55,569 bases of DNA from a virus (Duplodnaviria; Caudoviricetes): positions 1 to 55,569 of the IMG/VR virus record IMGVR_UViG_3300012964_000005, one strand, 5' to 3'. The notes under the pieces were generated by a model, which was not told where the DNA came from, did not search any database, and saw only the letters and a list, made by a program, of their open reading frames with translations. Shown piece after piece: positions 26,800 through 36,436 of this stretch. The position numbers and the translations under genes are program-made. Within the stretch, counting starts at the first letter, position 1. Each line of letters begins with the position of its first letter.

Positions 26800-27316
26800 C
26801 TATGCCGCTGCGCTCGCCGAGGCGATGGGCCTTCTGGCGGCTGACCCGCGCACGGTGTTTCTCGGCCAGGCCGTCGCCTATCCCGGCACCGCCATGTACG
26901 GCACGCTGTCGAAGGTGCCGGCGGAGAAACGGATCGAACTGCCCGTGGCCGAGGAGTTGCAGATGGGCATGACCGTGGGTCTCGCCCTCGCCGGGCAGGT
27001 TCCGGTGTCGATCTACCCGCGCTGGAACTTCCTTCTTCTGGCGATGAACCAGCTCGTCAACCATCTCGACCGGCTGCCGCTCTACTCGCGCTACCGGCCG
27101 AAGGCGATCATCCGGGTGGGCATCGGGTCGGAACGGCCGATGCATCCGGGACCGCAACATGTCGGCGACTTTACCGAACAGGTGTTCGGGATGCTCAAGA
27201 CGGTCAACGTCGTGCGGCTGGGAACGGCTGCCGATGTGATCCCCGAGTACGAAGCGGCACTGATGCGTGACCAGCCGACCATCCTGGTCGAGACCATGGA
27301 CCTCTACAATGCGTGA
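26789..27316 (+). CDS. short TPP-dependent E1-beta/transketolase pyrimidine-binding subunit
   Basis: TTG start; VFLGQAV, ELPVAE..QMG...GLAL.G, QLVNH, GPQH. Confidence 0.85.
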   Translation: MSSDYAAALAEAMGLLAADPRTVFLGQAVAYPGTAMYGTLSKVPAEKRIELPVAEELQMGMTVGLALAGQVPVSIYPRWNFLLLAMNQLVNHLDRLPLYSRYRPKAIIRVGIGSERPMHPGPQHVGDFTEQVFGMLKTVNVVRLGTAADVIPEYEAALMRDQPTILVETMDLYNA

Positions 27317-28223
27317 GGACCTGTACGCGCTATTCGTCACGACCGCGACTTCGGAACCGACCGTCAATGTGCGGGCGTGGCAGCAGTCGATGGGGCCGGC
27401 CGGGCACGTCACGTTCGATCTGAACGCGCCGCCGGTCGATACGGAGATTCTGAACAAGGCCGAGGCGTTCGGCCCCGATATCATCTTTTACACCGGCGCT
27501 ACGGATGGCCCCGGTCTTCCTTCCGACGACACGCTGAAGGCGCTGCGGAAGATCGCGCCATCGGTCATCCTGCAAGGCGACATGGGCGACCCGCCGTGGT
27601 TCCCGATGCTCGAGCATTATCGGGAAACCGGCTGCTTCGACCTGTTCGCCAGCATGGACGGCGCATCGGGTCCGCTGGTCGACGTGCCCGGCCTGACGCC
27701 GGTGGACATGGAGCCCTACGACCATCCGCCGCGCAAGCGCACCTTCCGTTGCGGCTTCGCCGGCAACCACGTCAGCAAGGATTACTGGTCGCGGGTCCGT
27801 GATCTGCATGGCACCGAAGACCCTCGCAGCGGCGTGCTGCACCGGCTGGGCGACCTGGTGCAGCTTCGGGAACGCGAGCTGAACGGCCTCTACGTGAACT
27901 ACGCCGGCTTCCTGCGGCGCTGCCACATGGTCATCAACACGTCCTATGCCGGGTCTGGCTTGGCGCACCACATCAAGGGCCGGGTGGTGGAGACTGCATT
28001 CGCTGGGGCGGCCTTGCTGGAAATGGCCGAAAGCCCGACGCGCGACTGGTTCCCGGCCGACAGCTTCTTCACCTACCGCGATCTAGACGAGGCGCGGGCG
28101 ATCATCCTCGGCACGTCGCCGGATGAAGTCGCGGAACGGGCGCGCAGGTTCGAAGCCTACGCACGCGAGCACTACACGCCGCGTCACATCTACGGGGCCA
28201 TTGTCGAAAGGCTCGGACTGTGA
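27309..28223 (+). CDS. glycosyltransferase, CgeB/Glyco_trans_1_2-like (GT-B)
   Basis: CGFAG...Y..FLRRCHMVIN....HHIKGRVVETAFAGAALLE. Confidence 0.75.
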   Translation: MREDLYALFVTTATSEPTVNVRAWQQSMGPAGHVTFDLNAPPVDTEILNKAEAFGPDIIFYTGATDGPGLPSDDTLKALRKIAPSVILQGDMGDPPWFPMLEHYRETGCFDLFASMDGASGPLVDVPGLTPVDMEPYDHPPRKRTFRCGFAGNHVSKDYWSRVRDLHGTEDPRSGVLHRLGDLVQLRERELNGLYVNYAGFLRRCHMVINTSYAGSGLAHHIKGRVVETAFAGAALLEMAESPTRDWFPADSFFTYRDLDEARAIILGTSPDEVAERARRFEAYAREHYTPRHIYGAIVERLGL

Positions 28224-29119
28224 AGGCGCTGTTCATCACCACCGAGACGGCGGACTGCGCCAATCATGTCCGGTCATGGGCATCGGCTTTCGGTCCGCCC
28301 GCGGTGGTCACCTACGATCTGCACGGGCTCAACAACGACTGGCGGTTCACCGAGGCGGCGGAACGTGAACGGCCGCGGGTGATCGTCTACATCGGAGCGG
28401 ACAAGGCGCGCGGCAACCCGCGCATCGGCACGCTGATCGAACTGCGCAAGATCGCGCCGGTGGTGCTGATCTGCTCGGATGCGGGCGACAAGCCGTGGCA
28501 TGCCGTACTCACCGCCTACCGAACGCATAACTGCTTCGATCTTCGGGTATCGATCGATGGCGCGAACGATGCGCCGGTCGACCTCGCAACGCTGACGCCG
28601 GTCGACGCCGGCCCGTTCGGTGGTCCGTCGCCGGTCCGTGACATCCGCTGCGGCTTCTCCGGCACGGTCGGGCACTGGAACCCTCGGAGCGAGATCATCC
28701 GCGCGCTGGAATGGTTCGCCGGCCTCACGGTGCGGGACCGGCAGGGCGCAAGTCGGTACGAGGATCACGTCATGTTCCTGCGCCGCTGCCGGATGCTGCT
28801 CAACATCTCCTTCACCGGAACGGCTCAGGCGCATCACGTCAAAGGGCGTGTTCTGGAAGCGGGCTGGGCCGGCTGCTGCCTGCTCGAAAGCGCGGGCTCG
28901 CCGATCGGCGAATGGTTCCCCGAGGACTGCTACATCACCTATCGCGATCCGGTGCATGCGGCCGAACTGATCCGGGAACTGGACGACGTCACCATCGAAC
29001 GCGCCGCCCGGCGGCTGGCGGAGGAAGTACGGGCGCGCTTCACCGCGCGACAGGTGTGGGGCGGCATGTTGGAGCGCATTGGCCTTGTGGCTGATCCCGT
29101 CACGCTCGCGGCCTCATAA
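28220..29119 (+). CDS. glycosyltransferase, paralog of the upstream gene
   Basis: Shares ALF.TT.T, CFDL..S.DG, LTPVD, CGFSG and HHVKGRVLEAG motifs. Confidence 0.75.
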   Translation: MKALFITTETADCANHVRSWASAFGPPAVVTYDLHGLNNDWRFTEAAERERPRVIVYIGADKARGNPRIGTLIELRKIAPVVLICSDAGDKPWHAVLTAYRTHNCFDLRVSIDGANDAPVDLATLTPVDAGPFGGPSPVRDIRCGFSGTVGHWNPRSEIIRALEWFAGLTVRDRQGASRYEDHVMFLRRCRMLLNISFTGTAQAHHVKGRVLEAGWAGCCLLESAGSPIGEWFPEDCYITYRDPVHAAELIRELDDVTIERAARRLAEEVRARFTARQVWGGMLERIGLVADPVTLAAS

Positions 29120-29699
29120 TCTGGCGCGGCTCATTGCCGCCTGCCGGGACACGGGAATGACCACGCCGGCGAGGCTGCGGCTCGACGACGACGATCCGTG
29201 CCTCGGGGGCTATCTCGCGCTCGATTATCCCGACGACTGGGAAATCGTGATCGCGCCGCGTGTGGGCCTGTCGGCGGCGTATAACGAGTCCTTCGCCCCG
29301 CCGCAGGACTGGTACGGCATCTTCGCCGACGACGTGGTGCCGGAAACCCGCGGTTGGGACCGGCTGCTGATCGAGGCTGCCGGTTCGGACGGCATCGCCT
29401 TCGGGTCGGACGGCATCGGCACGGCGGCGACGCATTTCGCGATCGGCGGGAATCTCGCCCGCGACATCGGCTGGCTCGCGCTGCCAGGCCTCGACCGGGT
29501 CTACATCGACACCGTGTGGAACGACATCGGCCGGGCGCGGGGCATCCTGCGTCCGTTGCCGCACGTCAGCATTCCGCACCTGCACTTTTCCAACCGGCTT
29601 GCGCCGATGGACGCCATCTATCGCAAGCCCCGCAAGACGCAGGACCGCGCCGTCTATCAGGCGTGGCGACAGACCTTCAACCGAGGAGCAACCGCATGA
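29079..29699 (+). CDS. GT-A (GT2-like) glycosyltransferase
   Basis: LIPSRSRP, DDDD, FADDVVP.T.GWD, YIDTVW, H.H. Confidence 0.7.
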   Translation: MALWLIPSRSRPHNLARLIAACRDTGMTTPARLRLDDDDPCLGGYLALDYPDDWEIVIAPRVGLSAAYNESFAPPQDWYGIFADDVVPETRGWDRLLIEAAGSDGIAFGSDGIGTAATHFAIGGNLARDIGWLALPGLDRVYIDTVWNDIGRARGILRPLPHVSIPHLHFSNRLAPMDAIYRKPRKTQDRAVYQAWRQTFNRGATA

Positions 29700-30112
29700 G
29701 TTCGCCCGCACCCGCCCATCGCATCGCGCCGCAGGAGTTCAACACCCTGGCCGACCGTTACATCATCCGCACCCGCGTTCCGAGGGAGCACGTCAGCGAC
29801 GCCGACATCCTGATCCGGGTCGAGCGCGCCAATCTCGGCGTCGGCGATACGCTGATCGTGCAATGCATGGACCACGACTACACCTCGCTGCTGTACGAGG
29901 CCGAATACCGGGTGGTCAGCCGCACCGAGCGTTTCCGCAGCGTCGAGGTCGACGACCGCAACATCCGCCAGTTCACCGAGAACAAGTTCACCATCGCGCG
30001 CATGACCGAATGGTGGGCGTCGCCCGTGGCGCGGGCGATGGAGAAGCTGGCGGCGGAGCAGGCCGAACCGGCCGACGCCGGCAAGGGCAGGAAGGGCAAG
30101 GACGCCGGCTGA
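29696..30112 (+). CDS. hypothetical protein
   Basis: GAGGAG RBS; coupled ORF. Confidence 0.7.
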   Translation: MSSPAPAHRIAPQEFNTLADRYIIRTRVPREHVSDADILIRVERANLGVGDTLIVQCMDHDYTSLLYEAEYRVVSRTERFRSVEVDDRNIRQFTENKFTIARMTEWWASPVARAMEKLAAEQAEPADAGKGRKGKDAG

Positions 30113-30720
30113 TGTCCGACCAGACCGACGTCGTCAATGTCGCGCTGCGCCAGATCGGGGCGGCGCGCATCACCTCGCTGACCGACGGGTCGAACGAGGC
30201 GACGACCGCCAACGACCTGTGGGGCGAGGCGCTGGACGACGTGCTGCGGTCGCACAACTGGAACTTCGCCACCCGCCGCCAGAAGCTGGCCGCTGCGGCA
30301 AACGCCCCCGCCTATGAATTCGACTACGCCTATCCGGTTCCGTCCGACTGGGTGCGCACCGTTTCGGTTCACGACAACGACGGCGGCGACGGCACGATCA
30401 CCTTCCGCGAGGAATACCAGGACGGCGTGCGCTGCATCCTCGCGTCCAGCACCGACCTCTATCTGCGCTATGTCGCCCGCATCACCAATGTCGGGCTGAT
30501 GCCGCCGGACTTCCGCCGGGCCCTGGCGATGCATCTGGCGATGGACATGGCGATCCCGCTCGCCAATTCGGCAATCGTGTTGCAGACCATGCAGGGCCTG
30601 TACGAAAGGGCGCTGACCAAGGCCATGTCGGCGGATGCGCGCGGGGCTTCGCCCGAGTCCCGGCCGCCCGGATCGTGGATTTCCACCCGCGCCTCGTGGC
30701 CGGGCCGGACCTCGTTCTGA
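30112..30720 (+). CDS. tail adaptor / tubular protein A (T7 gp11-like)
   Basis: VVNVAL..IGA..ITSL.D, H.WNFA.RR..L, Y.YPVPSD.VR. Confidence 0.85.
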   Translation: MSDQTDVVNVALRQIGAARITSLTDGSNEATTANDLWGEALDDVLRSHNWNFATRRQKLAAAANAPAYEFDYAYPVPSDWVRTVSVHDNDGGDGTITFREEYQDGVRCILASSTDLYLRYVARITNVGLMPPDFRRALAMHLAMDMAIPLANSAIVLQTMQGLYERALTKAMSADARGASPESRPPGSWISTRASWPGRTSF

Positions 30721-30723
30721 CCG

Positions 30724-33237
30724 ATGGCGCGCGCAAACCCCTACCAGCCGGCGATCAACGCCGGCGAGATCACGCCCTATCTGTGGGCGCGGACGGACTT
30801 CCGCAAATACGGCTTCGCCGGCGAGATCGTAGAGAACATGATCCCGCTGGCCGAGGGCGCGCTGCGGCGCCGGGCCGGAACCCGTTACGTCGCCGAAGTC
30901 AAGACCTCCACCGACAAATGCCGGATCAAGCGGTTCCAGTTCAACGACGAACAGGCTTACGTCCTCGAGCTGGGCAATACGTACATGCGGTTCTGCCGCT
31001 ACCAGGCCCAGATCGCGGTCGCCAATACCGATGCGGCAATTGCCAACGGCACATTCGACACCGGCATAACCTCATGGACAAGCCGCAGCGATCCCGGCGG
31101 ATCGATCGCGCACGACGACGGCAACCATCGACTGAGTATCGTCGGCGACGGCTCCGCTTACGGCTGGGCGGAGCAGTCGGTGGCGGTTTCGTCGACTTAT
31201 CAGAACGTCGAACACGTCTTGCGGTTCCGCACTTACGGTGCGCCCGGCGATACGGTCCTGCTGCGGATCGGGCTCACGTCCAAGGGCGGCGAGATCGTCA
31301 GCGACCGCAAGATGCCGACAGGATTTCACTCGGTCGCGTTCACGCCCGGCGCGACCACGTTCTATGTCCAGTTCCGGCACAAGACCGACAAGACCCTGGG
31401 CGTGGACGATGTCAGTCTGATCGACAATGCGCCGGTCGAGATCGCGACGCCGTGGAGCACGGCCGATCTCGCCGCCCTGAACGGCCCGCAATCGGCGGAC
31501 GAACTCTATTTCTTCCACCGGTCCTATCCGACCTATCGGCTGGACCGGCGCGGCCACACCACCTGGTCGCTGGTCGAAGTGGCGTGGCAGGACGGTCCTT
31601 ATCTCACATTCAATAGCGGAAGCTCGACCAGCACGACGATCCAGCCCGCGGCCACGACCGGTTACGGGGTCTCGTTCACGGCTTCGGCGACGACCGACAT
31701 CAACGACGGCGACGGGTTCAAATCGACCGATGTCGGACGCGCGATTCGCATCACCAGCTCGACGACCACCACCGACTGGGGATGGGGCGTGATCGCCGAA
31801 TACCGGTCGCCGACGCAGGTCCTGGTGGATATCAAGCGCACGTTGCCGGGCACGGAAGCGCGGCCCGCGTGGGGCCTCGGCTCGTGGTCGGCAACCACCG
31901 GCTATCCGTCCGTCGGCACGTTCTACGAACAGCGGCTCGTCGCGGCGGCCAGCACCAAGGAGCCGCAGACGCTCTGGATGTCGCAGACCAGCGATTTCGA
32001 GAACATGAGCCCGGACAGCGTGAATTCCGGCACCGGTAAATGGGACGGCACGGTCGAGGACGACGATGCCATCGTGTGGACGATCTCGGCCGATAACGTG
32101 AACGTGATCCGGTGGATGAGCCCGGGCGAGGACACGCTGGTGATCGGCACGTCCGCTGCGGAATGGATTCCGAAATCGCAGGGCGCAGTGCTGACCCCGT
32201 CCGATATGTCCGTCCGGGTACAGACCACGCACGGCTCGGCCGCCATCGGCCCGGTCCGGGTCGGCCATGCGGTGCTGTTCGTCCAGCGTGCGGGACGGAA
32301 GATCCGGGAGTTCGCCTACGACTTCAACACCAACGGCTATCTGGCGCAGGACATGACGCGGCTGGCGTCGCACATCAGCGTCGGCGGCATTGCCGAGATG
32401 GATTTCGCCGAGGAGCCGGATTCGTCGGTGATCGCCATTCGCGCCGACGGCCAGTTGCTGAACATGACCTATCGGCGCGAGGAGGACGTGGTCGGGTTCT
32501 CGCGCTTCAAGCTCGGCGGATCGTTCGGGACCACGGCTTGGGGCATCGTCGAATCGATCGCGGTCATCCCCGGCGCCGACGGTTCAGGCCAGGTTGCGGA
32601 CTCGACCGACCGCGACGAAGTGTGGGTTGCCGTCAAACGCACGATCAACGGCCAGACCAGGCGCTATATCGAAGTGTTCGAGCGCAATTTCGAGCATGAC
32701 GTCCATGACAAGACCGACGCCTATTACGCCGACAGCCTGATCACCTACGACGGGACGGCCGCGACCACGATCACCGGGCTGGGCCATCTCGAAGGCCAGG
32801 CGGTGACCATCCTCGCCGACGGCGCGATCATCACCGGCAAGACCGTATCGGGCGGGTCGGTGACGCTGGACGTGGCGGCCTCGACGGTGCAGATCGGCCT
32901 GGCCTTCACCCACAAGTTCAAGGGCCTGAAATGGGAGGCCGGGGCGGTGATCGGCACGGCGGTGGGCAAGATCAAGCGCATCGTCGCCATGACGTTCGTG
33001 CTGCTCGACGCCGCGATCGTGAAGTACGGCTCTGGCGAATCCAAACTCAAGACCAGGGATTTCCGCAGCTATACCGATGTCATGGACGGCGTGCCCGAGC
33101 TGTTCAGCGGCGAGGCCAACGTGTCGTGGGACGGCACATGGGAGCGCGATACGCGGGTCTATGTCGAGGACGACTCGCCGACGCCGTTCGTGCTGCTCGC
33201 CATCGCGCCGGAACTGGATACGAGGGATTTGAGGTGA
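30724..33237 (+). CDS. tail nozzle / tubular protein B (T7 gp12-like)
   Basis: NAGEITP...R.D, G.LRRR.GT, QSAD, GYPS...FYEQRL, LFVQR.GRKIRE. Confidence 0.88.
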   Translation: MARANPYQPAINAGEITPYLWARTDFRKYGFAGEIVENMIPLAEGALRRRAGTRYVAEVKTSTDKCRIKRFQFNDEQAYVLELGNTYMRFCRYQAQIAVANTDAAIANGTFDTGITSWTSRSDPGGSIAHDDGNHRLSIVGDGSAYGWAEQSVAVSSTYQNVEHVLRFRTYGAPGDTVLLRIGLTSKGGEIVSDRKMPTGFHSVAFTPGATTFYVQFRHKTDKTLGVDDVSLIDNAPVEIATPWSTADLAALNGPQSADELYFFHRSYPTYRLDRRGHTTWSLVEVAWQDGPYLTFNSGSSTSTTIQPAATTGYGVSFTASATTDINDGDGFKSTDVGRAIRITSSTTTTDWGWGVIAEYRSPTQVLVDIKRTLPGTEARPAWGLGSWSATTGYPSVGTFYEQRLVAAASTKEPQTLWMSQTSDFENMSPDSVNSGTGKWDGTVEDDDAIVWTISADNVNVIRWMSPGEDTLVIGTSAAEWIPKSQGAVLTPSDMSVRVQTTHGSAAIGPVRVGHAVLFVQRAGRKIREFAYDFNTNGYLAQDMTRLASHISVGGIAEMDFAEEPDSSVIAIRADGQLLNMTYRREEDVVGFSRFKLGGSFGTTAWGIVESIAVIPGADGSGQVADSTDRDEVWVAVKRTINGQTRRYIEVFERNFEHDVHDKTDAYYADSLITYDGTAATTITGLGHLEGQAVTILADGAIITGKTVSGGSVTLDVAASTVQIGLAFTHKFKGLKWEAGAVIGTAVGKIKRIVAMTFVLLDAAIVKYGSGESKLKTRDFRSYTDVMDGVPELFSGEANVSWDGTWERDTRVYVEDDSPTPFVLLAIAPELDTRDLR

Positions 33238-33686
33238 TCGTACGCGAGGCGGCATTCCCGATGGATGCGGAAGCGGTCACGGCCGGGGCGGAGGATTTCG
33301 CGCACCACGTCGATCTTCCGGACATTATTCCGCAGGACCGGGCGACACTATCGGTCGCGCTATCGCATCTTCTGGCGTTGCCGAGCTTTGAAATCTGGCT
33401 TGCCGAGCATGAGGGTCGGACGGTCGGCGGGATTGGCCTGCTGTTCGCACCATTCCAGTGGGATCGCGGCAAGATCGTGATGTCGGAGCAGTTCATCTGG
33501 TGCGGCAAGGGCGCGCCGCCCACGGCCTTCCTCGCGCTGATCCGCACAGCCGACAAGCGTGCCCGGCACTGGAACGCGACGATCCGGGAATATGCCAGCG
33601 TGCCGCCCTACACCGAAACGCTGTCCAGCATCTACCGCCGCAAGGGATTGAAGCCGGTTCAGCAGGTCTGGATGGGAGCCGCATAG
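33234..33686 (+). CDS. GNAT-fold protein (T7 gp13-like slot)
   Basis: VIVREA..., GGIG..., IYRRKGLKP; position. Confidence 0.65.
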   Translation: MIVREAAFPMDAEAVTAGAEDFAHHVDLPDIIPQDRATLSVALSHLLALPSFEIWLAEHEGRTVGGIGLLFAPFQWDRGKIVMSEQFIWCGKGAPPTAFLALIRTADKRARHWNATIREYASVPPYTETLSSIYRRKGLKPVQQVWMGAA

Positions 33687-34256
33687 ATGGCGATTGCGAC
33701 TTCAACCGCCCTACTCGTCAGCGCCGCCGCTTCCGTCATTGGCGGCGCTATCGGTGCCATCGGCGCCATTCAGCAGGGTCAGGCCGCCAAGAACCAGGCC
33801 GCCTATCAGACCGCGGTCTACAACCAGCAGGCGGAGCAGCAGCGGCAGATCGCGGCGCGCAACGAAGCCGATTTCCGCCAGCGCCAGGCGCGGGCGCAGG
33901 CGAGCCGAACGGCGCTTCTCGGCGCATCGGGCGGCGACATCACTTCCGGTTCGCCACTGCTGGCTTCGGAGGATTTCGCTGCCGAGACCGCCTATCAGGC
34001 GCTGCGCATCCGCTATGGCGGCGATGTCATGGCGACACGGCTCGACCAGCAGGCCGATCTTGCCCGAATGGCCGGGGCGAACGCGCAAAGCTCGAGCTAT
34101 TTCCGAGCGGGAGCATCGTTGCTGAGCGGCATCGGCTCGGCCGCCAATAACTATGGCGGCTGGGGCCGTACCGGCGTGCCGCTGGCGAGCGGCGGGGGGA
34201 GCATCAACCTGAACAGCTCGTACGCCGGCTACGACCCGGCGAGGATTCAATTCTGA
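33687..34256 (+). CDS. internal virion (ejection) protein, gp14-like
   Basis: Ala/Gly/Gln-rich; GASGGDITSGSPL motif. Confidence 0.8.
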   Translation: MAIATSTALLVSAAASVIGGAIGAIGAIQQGQAAKNQAAYQTAVYNQQAEQQRQIAARNEADFRQRQARAQASRTALLGASGGDITSGSPLLASEDFAAETAYQALRIRYGGDVMATRLDQQADLARMAGANAQSSSYFRAGASLLSGIGSAANNYGGWGRTGVPLASGGGSINLNSSYAGYDPARIQF

Positions 34257-36436
34257 TGGTCGATAACATCACGCTGCCGCGCCGGAACGTCGGGTCGGGC
34301 GGCCGGACGCAGGGCATCGCGCTGCCGGGACCGGAGAATGTGCAGCAGCAGACGCTGCGCTCCGACCCGGGCGTCAACGCGCCACAGGAAGCATTCGGCG
34401 GCGGCGCCGGGCTGGAGGCGGCGGGCAAGCAGATCATCAGCACCGCCGACCATGTCGCGGTCGAACTCAGGCGCCAGCAGAGGGAATACGACGCCACCCG
34501 CACCAGCGAAGCGCTGCTGAACTTCGAACGGCTAGGCACGCAGGAACTCCAGAGCCGCCAGACGCAGGACGATCCCTCGCGTGCCGGCTTCACCGACGAT
34601 TACGAAAGCTGGCTTGTCGGCGGCAAGGACCCCGCGACCGGCGCCGTCGCCATGACCGGGCAGGCCAAGTCCATTCTGGACAGCCTGCCCGAAGGCGTCT
34701 CGGATGAGGCCCGGCAGCGGCTCTCCGTCGAGATGCAGAAGTCTGCTCTCGCGTTGACGAAGCAGGCCGGCGCGCTGAGCGTCAAGGCTGCGGGCCAGCG
34801 TGCCATCGATGCATGGGGACAGGTCGTCAACCAGGCGGCGGCGCAGACCGCCAGAAATCCCGATGCGACGGCCGCCGTGCTCGACAATCTCGACACCCGG
34901 CTGGATGCGTTCCGCGGTTCGATGGACGGCAACCAGCAGCGCGACGGCATGTCCAAGGCGCGGCAATCGGTGATCCTGTCGGCCATTCAGGGCTTGGTCG
35001 AGCAACGCCGCTATATCGATGCCGATGCTCTGCTGAAATCCGGGCGCTATGATGCCGACCTGAATTTCGCCGCTCGGAACTGGGCATCCGCCGAGATCGA
35101 TCGTGGCAAACGCACCGCGGCGGCAGAAATCCGCGATCAGGCGCGCGACCATTTCGCCAGTCTCGCCGCCACCGGACAAGGGATTCCCGGCCTCGATGCC
35201 AAGGCGGCATCGGTGCTGGACGACAGGGCTCTTGCCGATTTCCGCGCCAGCGAGCAAACCGCCCGTCACGTCTATTCCGCGACGCAGTCATTCCAGTTCG
35301 CGCCGCCGGACCGCATCGCCGCATCCCTGGATTCCTTCGCGCCGAAACCGGGCTCGATCCATTTCGCCGATGAACAGCGCGTCTACGCGGCAATGGCCAC
35401 TGCCGCGTCCCGCGTACTCAAGGCGCGGTCGGACGATCCAGCCGGATATGCGATGCAGGAGCCCTCGGTCGCCGCAGCCTACCGGGCGGCGCAGAACGAT
35501 CCGTCGCTGTTGCCCGACGCCGTGGCTCGCTCGCTGGCGGTGCAGAGCGCGATGGGCATCCCGGATCGCAATCGTAGCGTGATTCCGGTATCGCAGGCGG
35601 CGGCGATCGTCGCCGACATGACCGCGTCGGGCGGAGCCGAGCGCGCGGCCGACACAATGACCACGCTGGCAAGCCAGTACGGCAAATACTGGAAGTTCGC
35701 CTATCGCGATCTGGTCTACCAGAAACTGCCGCCAGAAATGGCGGTGCTCGGCACGCTCGATCTGCCGAAGGACGCCGCCGTTCGGGTCGATCTCGCCAAT
35801 GCGCTGAAAACCGGTCGCAAAACCCTGGCCGACAACGTTCCGACGACGGTCCGCAATGATCTCGACAAGAATCTTCAGGACGCATTGTCGCGCTGGTCGA
35901 ACGTCGAGCTGGCCCGCGGCGCCACCGACGCCAATGTGAAGACAATCCGGGATGCAACCGAACTGCTGGCCTATTCCAATGTCGCCCGCGGCCAGTCGAG
36001 CGGAGACGCAGCCCGCAATGCCGTCGATGCGCTGGTCGATAGCCGGTACGACATTCTCGATAGCGGTCCCTTCGCCCTCTACGCGCCAAAGGGCAATGCC
36101 AGGGCGATCGAGGATACGGGCATGCGCATGCTGCGTGACCTGGGCGCGGCGGATATGCGCGACCCGGGCGATCTGCCCGGCATGCCGCCGCTGACGCCGG
36201 ACCAGCGCAAGGAGATGTATCTCGGTATCGCCCGGCGCGGCCATTGGGTGACCGACGAAACCGGTATCGGCGCGCGTCTGGTCGATCCGCTGGGACAGCC
36301 GGTCATGGTAAGCGACGGCAGCGGAAATTACGGCCCGTTGCGGTTCAACTTCGCCGACGCGACGCCGGACGAGGCGGTGCCGCATCCCGGCACCACCGGC
36401 GACGTGCGGCGCAAGCTCGAAAAGGCGGTGCGCTGA
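34256..36436 (+). CDS. internal virion (ejection) protein
   Basis: 726 aa, helical; synteny. Confidence 0.75.
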   Translation: MVDNITLPRRNVGSGGRTQGIALPGPENVQQQTLRSDPGVNAPQEAFGGGAGLEAAGKQIISTADHVAVELRRQQREYDATRTSEALLNFERLGTQELQSRQTQDDPSRAGFTDDYESWLVGGKDPATGAVAMTGQAKSILDSLPEGVSDEARQRLSVEMQKSALALTKQAGALSVKAAGQRAIDAWGQVVNQAAAQTARNPDATAAVLDNLDTRLDAFRGSMDGNQQRDGMSKARQSVILSAIQGLVEQRRYIDADALLKSGRYDADLNFAARNWASAEIDRGKRTAAAEIRDQARDHFASLAATGQGIPGLDAKAASVLDDRALADFRASEQTARHVYSATQSFQFAPPDRIAASLDSFAPKPGSIHFADEQRVYAAMATAASRVLKARSDDPAGYAMQEPSVAAAYRAAQNDPSLLPDAVARSLAVQSAMGIPDRNRSVIPVSQAAAIVADMTASGGAERAADTMTTLASQYGKYWKFAYRDLVYQKLPPEMAVLGTLDLPKDAAVRVDLANALKTGRKTLADNVPTTVRNDLDKNLQDALSRWSNVELARGATDANVKTIRDATELLAYSNVARGQSSGDAARNAVDALVDSRYDILDSGPFALYAPKGNARAIEDTGMRMLRDLGAADMRDPGDLPGMPPLTPDQRKEMYLGIARRGHWVTDETGIGARLVDPLGQPVMVSDGSGNYGPLRFNFADATPDEAVPHPGTTGDVRRKLEKAVR

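Noticed and set aside
26218-27316. Pyruvate dehydrogenase auxiliary metabolic genes
   Set aside because: Both subunits are much shorter than PDH E1, there is no E2/E3, and the context is nucleotide-sugar synthesis
20017-29699. Gtr-type O-antigen conversion cassette or DNA hypermodification locus
   Set aside because: No membrane flippase or polytopic GT, no nucleotide-modifying or DNA polymerase genes, and the location is the late structural operon; disfavoured but not formally excluded
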